A model generated the notes under the pieces. The model had not been told where the DNA came from. It worked only from the letters and a program-made list of their open reading frames with translations, and ran no database searches. A DNA stretch of 64,000 bases, taken from an uncultured Chitinophagales bacterium. Lineage in GTDB: Bacteria; Bacteroidota; Bacteroidia; Chitinophagales; JAHDHT01. The stretch lies in NCBI GenBank assembly GCA_938023075.1, contig CALHDG010000130.1, forward strand, positions 1,195 to 65,194, given 5' to 3'. Position 1 is the first letter of the stretch. Every line of letters begins with the position of its first letter. Both the position numbers and the translations under genes were made by a program. Of the stretch, positions 40,111 through 48,496 are shown piece by piece.

Positions 40111-40698
40111 ATGAAGCGATTAGTTTTTGCAACAGGTAATCTAAATAAATTAAAAGAAATTCAATTGATTGTAGGCGATGAATATGAGCTGTTAAGTTTA
40201 AATGATATTGGACATACACAAGAAATAGAAGAACCTTATAATACTTTAGAAGAAAACGCTACACATAAAGCAAAAACTATATTTAAAGTGCATCAAATCA
40301 ATTGTTTTGCAGAAGATACTGGTTTAATGATAGATGCTTTAAATGGAGAACCTGGAGTTTTTTCAGCACGATATGCTGGTACGCATAGATCGGCTGAAGA
40401 TAATATGAATAAAGTTTTGCAACAGCTAAGTAATGTTGAACAAAAAAAACGTACTGCCAAGTTTAAAACAGTCATCTCGCTCATATTAAATGAAAAAGAA
40501 TATAAATTTATTGGGGAGGTAAACGGCTTTATCAACTCGAAACCAATGGGTAATAACGGTTTTGGCTATGATCCTATTTTCTATTATCCAGAATTTGGCA
40601 AAACTTTTGCACAAATAACTGTAGACGAGAAAAACAAAATTAGCCACCGAAAAAAGGCTACCAAAAAATTAATAAATTTTCTTAAAAGCATCAATTAA
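40111..40698 (+). CDS. rdgB: Non-canonical purine NTP pyrophosphatase (RdgB/HAM1)
   Basis: FATGNLNKLKE, AEDTGL, GEPGVFSARY, GFGYDPIF, KNKISHR. Confidence 0.95.
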   Translation: MKRLVFATGNLNKLKEIQLIVGDEYELLSLNDIGHTQEIEEPYNTLEENATHKAKTIFKVHQINCFAEDTGLMIDALNGEPGVFSARYAGTHRSAEDNMNKVLQQLSNVEQKKRTAKFKTVISLILNEKEYKFIGEVNGFINSKPMGNNGFGYDPIFYYPEFGKTFAQITVDEKNKISHRKKATKKLINFLKSIN

Positions 40699-40749
40699 TT
40701 GAAATTAATTACAAATAATGACTACTTTGGATGTAAAATTAATTATGAA

Positions 40750-40776
40750 GCAACCAAAGTGATTGATTAACCATCT
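40750..40776 (+). promoter_or_regulatory. Putative ECF-sigma autoregulatory promoter
   Basis: GCAACC-n16-CATCT, ending 14 nt before the sigma ATG. Confidence 0.45.
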
Positions 40777-40790
40777 TAATATCAACCAGC

Positions 40791-41363
40791 ATGAGAAAAA
40801 GTATTGACAAGTTACATGATTATGAATTAGTAAAGCAATGTATAAAGAAAGATAAAAAGGCTTACAAGAACTTGTACGATAAGTTTTCAGGCAAAATGTT
40901 TTCTATTTGTTTGCGGTATTCAAGTGATTATCATAGTGCAGAAGATATTTTGCAAGAAGGCTTTACTAAAGTATATAAAAACTTGGTGAAATTTAGGTTT
41001 GAAGGGTCTTTTGAGGGTTGGTTGCGCCGGATAATTGTTAATACGGCAATTGAACATTATCGCAAAAATGTTCATATGTATCCAATTATGGACGTGGGTA
41101 ATACCGAACAGGAAAAAATACATGACTATGTATTAGAACAATTAGAAGCAAAAGACATTTTAGAAATGATTAAAAACCTTTCCCCAGGCTATCAAACAGT
41201 GTTTAACCTTTATGTTATTGAGGGTTATCCACATAAAGAAATTTCTAAAATGTTAGATATTAGCGAAGGAACATCAAAATCACAGTTAGCGCGCGCACGG
41301 TATCTGTTACAAAAAATGATATTAAACTTAGATCAAGGTTACCGGGAAGCTTATGCAAAATAA
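40791..41363 (+). CDS. ECF RNA polymerase sigma factor
   Basis: AEDILQEGF, GSFEGWLRRI, VFNLYVIEGYPHKEIS, SEGTSKSQLARAR. Confidence 0.95.
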   Translation: MRKSIDKLHDYELVKQCIKKDKKAYKNLYDKFSGKMFSICLRYSSDYHSAEDILQEGFTKVYKNLVKFRFEGSFEGWLRRIIVNTAIEHYRKNVHMYPIMDVGNTEQEKIHDYVLEQLEAKDILEMIKNLSPGYQTVFNLYVIEGYPHKEISKMLDISEGTSKSQLARARYLLQKMILNLDQGYREAYAK

Positions 41364-42711
41364 TTACTCCAATATGGACAGATTGTTTCGTGAAAAAATA
41401 CAAAATCACGAAGCTCAAGTTGATTCGTTTGTTTGGGAATCTTTACAAGATCAACTAAAGGACACTTCTTTTTTCAATAACAAATGGTTGACCTATTTAA
41501 GTTATGCTGCCATATTCTTTTTAACCATAGGTTTTACTATTGCAGGTTCACATCAATATTTTAATTACCTAAAAATCCAAAATCAAAATTTTGCTGATCA
41601 AGACGATCATCTAAATCAATATTATAAATACATTTCTAAAAATGCTACTGTTCAACCTCAAATTATTACTCAAAAAGTTGAAGTACCCGTTGAGGTGACC
41701 AAAATTGTAGAGGTTCCTATTGAAATTACTAAGTTTATTCCTTCACCTGGCATTGAGGATATTTTATCTAAATATGAATATTTTAACTATACAGAAGAAG
41801 AATTAGCACACATCAATGAAAAAATTGAGTTGATCAGAGGTTTTAACTTATCTGAATTACCTGAAAAATCAAAGGAAGAAATTGGCGCACTAAACAAAAT
41901 TGAATTAGATAAGTTAGTTGTATACGGTTTAGAAAACTCGTTAACTGAAAAAGAGCGTGCAGAGGAAGAAATATTTTTATTTGAATCTTCCGGTTTGGGA
42001 ATGGCTTTGGACGGAACTGGTATATATACTTATAAAAGCGAAACGTCTACTCAACAAATTGTAGACAATATCTTAAGAAAAAAAATGACTAACCTAAAAG
42101 GTTTTCAAATTGGTTTAGGTGGTACGTTTTTTAATTCCTGGATTTTAAATAAACGCCCTACCGAAATTTCAACCAATAGTCTCGAATATAAATTTACTAC
42201 AGGTCAACAATATGGTTTTACACTAGGCTATAATTTTAATCCAAAATTGGGTTTAGAAATTGGATTGGCAAAAGCCAATCAGGGGCAACGTATTATTCAA
42301 TATGCTAATGCTACACAAATTGAAAACGAAGTTCGTTTGGGTTATGTACATATTCCTTTGGCATTTAAATATAAATGGGAGCAGTATTCTAGCATAACCA
42401 AACATCCCATTGTTATGAATTACATGGTTGGTTTGCAATACAGCAAATTACTTTCTATTGATGGTATTATGAACAGTGATATTATTATGTTAGAAGATTT
42501 GCAAAGAACGCACGATATTGGTTTTCTGGTTGGATTAGATTATGATATCTTTTTAGGCAATAATTATTTTGTTACTATTGGAGCACGATCTACTTTTGGA
42601 ACTGATTTAAACGCCGTTATGAATGCTTTTAATAATTCTTCTAATACAAAAACAGATAACTTTACGGTCGGTTTAAAAGCTTCTTTCAATTATTTGTTTA
42701 GAATGAACTAA
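41353..42711 (+). CDS. Putative trans-envelope anti-sigma factor with C-terminal outer-membrane beta-barrel
   Basis: MDRLFREKI..VWESL anti-sigma-like start, TM helix, linker, amphipathic beta-strands ending ASFNYLF; overlaps the sigma stop. Confidence 0.7.
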   Translation: MQNNYSNMDRLFREKIQNHEAQVDSFVWESLQDQLKDTSFFNNKWLTYLSYAAIFFLTIGFTIAGSHQYFNYLKIQNQNFADQDDHLNQYYKYISKNATVQPQIITQKVEVPVEVTKIVEVPIEITKFIPSPGIEDILSKYEYFNYTEEELAHINEKIELIRGFNLSELPEKSKEEIGALNKIELDKLVVYGLENSLTEKERAEEEIFLFESSGLGMALDGTGIYTYKSETSTQQIVDNILRKKMTNLKGFQIGLGGTFFNSWILNKRPTEISTNSLEYKFTTGQQYGFTLGYNFNPKLGLEIGLAKANQGQRIIQYANATQIENEVRLGYVHIPLAFKYKWEQYSSITKHPIVMNYMVGLQYSKLLSIDGIMNSDIIMLEDLQRTHDIGFLVGLDYDIFLGNNYFVTIGARSTFGTDLNAVMNAFNNSSNTKTDNFTVGLKASFNYLFRMN

Positions 42712-42771
42712 CCTTTTCGAAACGGATTTTATCCCTCATTTTTAATTCAATTATTTTTTCGATTTGATTTA

Positions 42772-43025
42772 CGCAGTTGGAGCAGTATCGAAAAACTAAT
42801 GAAGCTGCAAAACTGCAAAATTGTTATACCAATTAGCTGATATTAGCAGATGCTTACCAATTAAAGAGTGTATATAATTATCCAAAAGTTGAAGAGGCTG
42901 TTATTGCTACCGTTTTGAAATTTATGGCTGAGCATATTAAAGCGGTATTTTTTGTTTGCTATGATGCTGTGAATTATCAATTGTATAAAGAAATGTTAGA
43001 AGGTAGATATGATCAGAACTCCTGA
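42772..43025 (+). pseudogene. Decayed macrodomain (YmdB-like O-acetyl-ADP-ribose deacetylase)
   Basis: AVG...NEAAKLQNCYTN*LILADAYQLKSVYNYPK..VIATV..IKAVFFVCYDAVNYQLYKEML, with an in-frame stop, a frameshift and loss of the AFPxISTG segment. Confidence 0.65.
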
Positions 43026-43120
43026 TCAAAACACGACACCTTTTCAAAACAGATGTCACCTCTACCTTGTCAGAGTCTCTTGAAGAGTAGGTTGATTAAT
43101 CTGTTTTAAATAAAGCACGG

Positions 43121-43268
43121 TATTGAAGCCGGGTGAAGTTGGAAAGTTAACCCTGATAGGAACGGTTATGCTATGATGCAGCGTTGCCTTTTGAAGTATA
43201 GCCATAGCATTTGAGTGGATAGCAGGGAGCGCGTTCTTAAATACTGCTCCGGGTTCGTTTCTAAAAAA
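43121..43268 (+). repeat. Structured intergenic repeat family B copy 3 (Flavo-1-like)
   Basis: TTAACCCTGATAGGAACGGTTATGCTATG...CATAGCATTTGAGTGGATAGCAGGG. Confidence 0.7.
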
Positions 43269-43393
43269 TAAACAGATTAGATAGGTTAGTTCAAAGTAAA
43301 AATTATGAAGCCATCGTTTCTTCTTGCTTAGGTTGTGCACGTTTGGAAGATGATTTGCGATAACCCTTCCCTTCAATCATCAGTTTAGCTATG

Positions 43394-44182
43394 TTATGTG
43401 TGCATTTCTAACTTAACCACCCCACTAAAAACAAAGCCAACAGAACCTTGCAACCAAACTCCATCTTGTTTAAAATGAACCTGCAAAGCCCCGCCTGTAG
43501 TTTGAATCTGAACAGTAGAAGCATCCTTCAACTCCTCAAAATAACTACGGGCAACCATAGCTACCGCCACCGTACCCGTTCCGCAAGAAAGGGTTTCATT
43601 TTCAACACCACGTTCGTAGGTGCGCATATGTACGATACTATTGGAAAGGTGTTTGTTGACAAAATTGACATTGATGCCTTCGGCATTAAATGTTTCATTA
43701 TAACGGATGGCATGGGCAGTTTCAATGATATTGATGTGCTCAATATCTTCTACAAATTGTACAAAATGGGGTGAACCGGTTTCGGCAACGTAGCCGTTTT
43801 CGTGTTTATCAATGTGTTCGTAAACCAGCAATTTTAAAGCGACTGTTCCATCGGGAAAAATGTTGGCTTTGTGCTCACCGTCAATAGCATAAAAAGTGGT
43901 TTCGTTTTCGATGATGCCTAAACTTTGGGCAAAATGGGTAATACATCGCCCGCCATTACCGCACATAGAGCTTTCTTTACCGTCAGCATTAAAATAGACC
44001 ATTTCAAAAGCGTACTGATCGTGTTCTTGTAATAAAATTATGCCATCTGCGCCAATACCAAAATGCCGGTCGCATAAATATTGATACAATGCCGGATTGT
44101 CTTTCGGTAAAGTTTCTTGGCGGTTATCGATGATTACAAAGTCGTTACCCGTGCCTTGGTATTTGCTGAATTCGATTTTCAT
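43394..44182 (-). CDS. dapF: Diaminopimelate epimerase
   Basis: KYQGTGNDF, CDRHFGIGADG, MCGNGGRC, TGSPH, RTYERGVENETLSCGTG. Confidence 0.96.
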   Translation of the reverse strand: MKIEFSKYQGTGNDFVIIDNRQETLPKDNPALYQYLCDRHFGIGADGIILLQEHDQYAFEMVYFNADGKESSMCGNGGRCITHFAQSLGIIENETTFYAIDGEHKANIFPDGTVALKLLVYEHIDKHENGYVAETGSPHFVQFVEDIEHINIIETAHAIRYNETFNAEGINVNFVNKHLSNSIVHMRTYERGVENETLSCGTGTVAVAMVARSYFEELKDASTVQIQTTGGALQVHFKQDGVWLQGSVGFVFSGVVKLEMHT

Positions 44183-44361
44183 ACATCGGTTGGTTTTACG
44201 GTTTCTATACTGTCCATAATGTCTTCAATTTCAGGTGGTTTGGCATCTTCTTTAAACGAGCCACTGAAATATAATAAAATACCGGTGAGTAAAATCACCA
44301 CTAAACCGATGGCTATAAAACGGTTGCTAAATAATTTAGGTGGCGTTTGAAATTCGATCAT
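44179..44361 (-). CDS. Small single-TM hypothetical protein
   Basis: ATGA overlap with dapF; minus-strand TAACTTTG (-7 element, 44366-44373) just upstream. Confidence 0.6.
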   Translation of the reverse strand: MIEFQTPPKLFSNRFIAIGLVVILLTGILLYFSGSFKEDAKPPEIEDIMDSIETVKPTDV

Positions 44362-44403
44362 TGTGCAAAGTTAGGGAATTCCGGTGGTATTGCACAAGAG
44401 CTA

Positions 44404-45255
44404 CTAGTGCTTAAATAATCTTCCAGTAAAGTGATACTTGTCTCCACGAATTTGATACAATAGGATATGTGCATCTAAAGTAGATATATTGATTTGTTGT
44501 TTATTATTAATTAGAGGTTCAATCAACAATAGTTTTCCAAATACATCGTACAAGCGTAAATTATGAGACAACAAATTAGCATCTTTCTGTTCGACAAAAA
44601 AATGGGTTTGTGCTAGGTTTGGATAAATGGAAATGCTTTGACCAATACCAAAAGTTTCTACATCTGAAAAAGTTGGGCAGGTTAGATGAAGCGTATCTAA
44701 CGCATAAACTAAATCGTCTTGATAATATAATTTGCATAAAACTTGGGTGTATTGATCAAAAAATCCAAATCCATAATTAGGTCCGATTCCTTCTATAAAT
44801 TTTAATGGCGTATTTGTAAGATGATTTCTTGGGTTATCGAACTCAATAACTTTTCGATTACCAATACTATCTAATTTTGTGACTATTGCGTAGGTAGTGT
44901 CTCTATAGTTTCTTCTATAAATAATGCTATCACCTAGCAATAAATTAAAATCCATAATCAGAGTTTCAGTAGTGTCATTATTATGATCAATTTCCAAAAG
45001 CCACGTATTTCCATTTAAAAGATCTTCATGAATAAAATTTGAAAAATTATACGACGATTCTAATTCATAATATATTTTTCCATTGATTGTCTTTTCTTGT
45101 CCATTATAAGTAAATCTTTCATTAAATGCACCGTCAATAACCTCAATAGTTTGAACCCAAGTAATGGAATCAGTTGGAAAAATGGTTTTATATTGAGCAA
45201 TGCTTTGAAGACAGCTAATTATAATAAGTGCCACAATAAAATATATCTTTCTCAC
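44404..45255 (-). CDS. Secreted protein with T9SS-like C-terminal domain
   Basis: Signal peptide, FIEGIG motif, ISIYPN...RLYDVFGKLL. Confidence 0.75.
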   Translation of the reverse strand: MRKIYFIVALIIISCLQSIAQYKTIFPTDSITWVQTIEVIDGAFNERFTYNGQEKTINGKIYYELESSYNFSNFIHEDLLNGNTWLLEIDHNNDTTETLIMDFNLLLGDSIIYRRNYRDTTYAIVTKLDSIGNRKVIEFDNPRNHLTNTPLKFIEGIGPNYGFGFFDQYTQVLCKLYYQDDLVYALDTLHLTCPTFSDVETFGIGQSISIYPNLAQTHFFVEQKDANLLSHNLRLYDVFGKLLLIEPLINNKQQINISTLDAHILLYQIRGDKYHFTGRLFKH

Positions 45256-45372
45256 GATGATTTTTGATCCAATATAAATATTTTTAATTAAAATAAATTC
45301 GTTGCTAACGTTCTTTAAGTATATTTAGAAAATACTGACCAACACTTGACGTTAATGAACTAAGTCTTTCAA

Positions 45373-47718
45373 TTGCAAACCCGAAGTAAATATATAGTTA
45401 GCATAACCGCTGTTGTTTTTATTGTAGTCATCATCCTATTTGTGGTGCTACATCATGCTTGTCCTTTAAAACTTGATATACCGCATTCAACTATTATTAC
45501 TGATCAGCAAGGAAAGATGCTTCATGCCTATCTCTCTGCCGATGAAAAGTGGCGGATGAAAACCGACCTGCACGAAATTTCTCCAACCTTAAAAAAAGCG
45601 ATTATTCATAAGGAGGACAAATATTTTTATTATCACTTTGGCATTAATCCATTTGCCATTGTAAGAGCTTTGGGTAACAATCTTATAAAAGGCAAACGAA
45701 CTAGTGGTGCTTCTACCATTACTATGCAAGTCGCACGTTTATTGAATCCTAAAGAGCGAACTTATCGTAATAAAATTATTGAAATGTTTCGCGCCCTTCA
45801 ATTGGAGTTAGGGTTTAGTAAAGATGAAATTTTACAATTGTACTTAAACTTAGTGCCTTATGGTGGCAATATTGAAGGGGTAAAAGCCGCTGCTCATATT
45901 TATTGCAACAAAGCACCTAATCATTTAAGTTTGGCTGAAATTACTATTTTATCCATCATACCCAACAGACCAACAAGTTTACAGCCGGGCAAAAACGATG
46001 ATTTTTTAATAAAAGAACGCGACAAATGGTTGAGGCGTTTTAAAGCCGATCATTTGTTTGATGAAGACTTTATTCAAGATGCCATAGATGAAGGATTTTT
46101 GGCGCAACGCTTTCCTATTCCTCGCCATGCCCCTCATTTTAGTCGTAAATTGAATGCAGAAAATAATAAAACATCTCAACAAAAACCATATATCACATCA
46201 AATAAAGCAGCCCATATAAAAAGCACATTAGATTTACAAGTACAACTACCTGTTGAAGACATCGTTCAAAATTATACACGCCGGTTAAATAGTTATCATA
46301 TACATAACACAGCTGTTTTAGTTATTGACAATGCTACTGCTGAGGTAAGGGCTTATGTAGGAAGTTCCAATTTTTATAATGATAACGACGGTGGTCAAGT
46401 AGATGGCGTTCAAGCAATCCGTTCGCCGGGCAGTACTTTAAAACCACTAATTTATGCACAAGGTTTTGATGCAGGGTTAATTAGCCCCAAACTAAAAATT
46501 GCCGATTTACCGGTTGACTTTTCAGGTTATAGTCCAACCAATTACAGTGATACTTATAATGGTATGGTTACCGTTGAACAAGCCTTACAACAGTCGTTAA
46601 ATATACCGGCAGTTAAAGTGCTTAACAACATTGGTATACCAACTTTAATGGAACAATTTAAAGCGATGCATTTTCAACAACTATTAAAAGATGAAAAAAA
46701 GTTAGGTCTATCTTTAGCTCTCGGAGGTTGTGGTGTTAGTTTGTTTGAGTTGACCGCCATGTATACTGCTTTTGCTAATCAGGGCATTTACCGTCCGTTG
46801 CAATATATGCAGTCTGCCGATAAGGAATTGTTTGACTATGAAATGGTGAGTCCTTCTGCTGCTTTTTTGATCACAGAAATTTTGACCGATTTAAACCGAC
46901 CAGATTTTAGCAACAACTTAGGCAACATTGCCAACTTGCCTAAAATTGCCTGGAAAACCGGCACCTCATATGGTAGAAAAGATGCTTGGAGTATTGGCTA
47001 TAACAAAGCCTATACCGTTGGTGTTTGGGTGGGTAACTTTTCTGCAAAAGGTGTACCCGAATTGACTGGGGCAGATATGGCAACACCTTTATTATTTAGT
47101 GTATTTAAACAAATTGCCAAGCGTAATGACGAATGGAATTTTCCAACTGCTGAGTTAAAACACACCTGGGTTTGTAGCGAGACCGGTTTACTACCTGCCG
47201 CAACTTGTGACCATCAAATCTTAGATTTTCATTTGCCTTTAATTACCCAACATAGGGTTTGCAATCATTTAATTGATGTTGCGGTTAATCATCAAGAAGA
47301 CCTTAGTTATTGTAAACATTGTTTACCCAAAGCAGCTCAATTTAAAACAAAAACTTACCAAAATTATAGTCCTGAACAGTTGGCTTTTCATGAAAACTCT
47401 AGTCAGCCTTATGATAAAATACCCTTACACAACCCACAATGTGAACGCTTTTATGCGGATGAACAGCTTAAAATTGTATCACCTAAAGCCAATATCAATT
47501 ATTACTTTTTAAAAGATGATAATGAAGAAATTTTGTTAGAAAGCCATCTTGCTGCCGATGTACAACAGGTGTATTGGTATATTAATGATGCCTATTACAC
47601 TGCTGCAAAAAGAGATAAGCCTACCTTTTTTAAACCCATAGCCGGTAAAAATAAAATTACCTGCGTAGATGATAAAGGCAGGAAAAGCAGTTTGTTTATT
47701 GAGGTTAGTTATTTGTGA
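45373..47718 (+). CDS. pbpC: Penicillin-binding protein 1C
   Basis: EDKYFYYHFGINP, SGASTITMQVAR, RSPGSTLKP, SLNIPAV, KTGTSYGRKDAW, C-terminal YWYIND domain. Confidence 0.93.
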   Translation: MQTRSKYIVSITAVVFIVVIILFVVLHHACPLKLDIPHSTIITDQQGKMLHAYLSADEKWRMKTDLHEISPTLKKAIIHKEDKYFYYHFGINPFAIVRALGNNLIKGKRTSGASTITMQVARLLNPKERTYRNKIIEMFRALQLELGFSKDEILQLYLNLVPYGGNIEGVKAAAHIYCNKAPNHLSLAEITILSIIPNRPTSLQPGKNDDFLIKERDKWLRRFKADHLFDEDFIQDAIDEGFLAQRFPIPRHAPHFSRKLNAENNKTSQQKPYITSNKAAHIKSTLDLQVQLPVEDIVQNYTRRLNSYHIHNTAVLVIDNATAEVRAYVGSSNFYNDNDGGQVDGVQAIRSPGSTLKPLIYAQGFDAGLISPKLKIADLPVDFSGYSPTNYSDTYNGMVTVEQALQQSLNIPAVKVLNNIGIPTLMEQFKAMHFQQLLKDEKKLGLSLALGGCGVSLFELTAMYTAFANQGIYRPLQYMQSADKELFDYEMVSPSAAFLITEILTDLNRPDFSNNLGNIANLPKIAWKTGTSYGRKDAWSIGYNKAYTVGVWVGNFSAKGVPELTGADMATPLLFSVFKQIAKRNDEWNFPTAELKHTWVCSETGLLPAATCDHQILDFHLPLITQHRVCNHLIDVAVNHQEDLSYCKHCLPKAAQFKTKTYQNYSPEQLAFHENSSQPYDKIPLHNPQCERFYADEQLKIVSPKANINYYFLKDDNEEILLESHLAADVQQVYWYINDAYYTAAKRDKPTFFKPIAGKNKITCVDDKGRKSSLFIEVSYL

Positions 47719-47833
47719 TCTTTTCATAAAAAGAACATAAATCATTAATGTTGAACTTTTGAATAAAAATGATATATTTACCTTTAATTAAATGTATAAA
47801 TTCAAATATTTATTAATGATTTAACTATAACAA

Positions 47834-48496
47834 ATGAAAAATATTAAAATTGAAGATTCATTTAGGAAAGTCATTCCTACTGTGAGACTTGGTGTAATGC
47901 AAGGCAAAGTTATTTTCGAGAAAAAAAATGAAGACTTATGGTTAGAAATAAACAACTACACAAACAGCCTTTTCCTAGAAATGACTAAAGAAGAAATTAA
48001 ATTAATTCCAAGAATTAGTGACTCAAGATTGGCTTATAAAAAACTTGGTAAAAAGTCAAGTGATGGATATGACATTTCATCAGAGGCACTTTTAAAAAGA
48101 GTATTTTCAGGCAAAAATCTATTCAATATTAATAACATTGTTGATACATCTCAACTTCTTTCAATAATGAGCAGGCTATCAATAGGAATATACGATTTAG
48201 ACAAAATTGAAGGCGATATAACATTTAAAATTGGTAGTAATGAAGACACCTATAAATCATTAGGTAAAGGAATGCTAAAGTCAGAGAAATTGCCGATTCT
48301 CGTCGACCAAACCGGAGGATTCGGTAGTCCCACCTCAGATTCTGTAAGAACTTGTATTAGTGAAAATACTAAAAGAGTAATTATGATTATGATGGTATTT
48401 TCTGTAATAAATTTGGATAATATACTTACTATTAGCAAAAATTACTATAAGCGATACGCAAATTTATTGGAAGGACAAATAGACATAATCCAATGA
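47834..48496 (+). CDS. Stand-alone B3/B4 (PheRS beta editing-like) domain protein
   Basis: AYKKLG, SSEALLKRV, INNIVD, SIGIYDLDKIEG, LPILVDQTGGFGSPTSDSVRT. Confidence 0.85.
   Translation: MKNIKIEDSFRKVIPTVRLGVMQGKVIFEKKNEDLWLEINNYTNSLFLEMTKEEIKLIPRISDSRLAYKKLGKKSSDGYDISSEALLKRVFSGKNLFNINNIVDTSQLLSIMSRLSIGIYDLDKIEGDITFKIGSNEDTYKSLGKGMLKSEKLPILVDQTGGFGSPTSDSVRTCISENTKRVIMIMMVFSVINLDNILTISKNYYKRYANLLEGQIDIIQ

Noticed and set aside
43062-43376. 104-aa minus-strand ORF
   Set aside because: Spans repeat family B copy 3 and has no protein motif.
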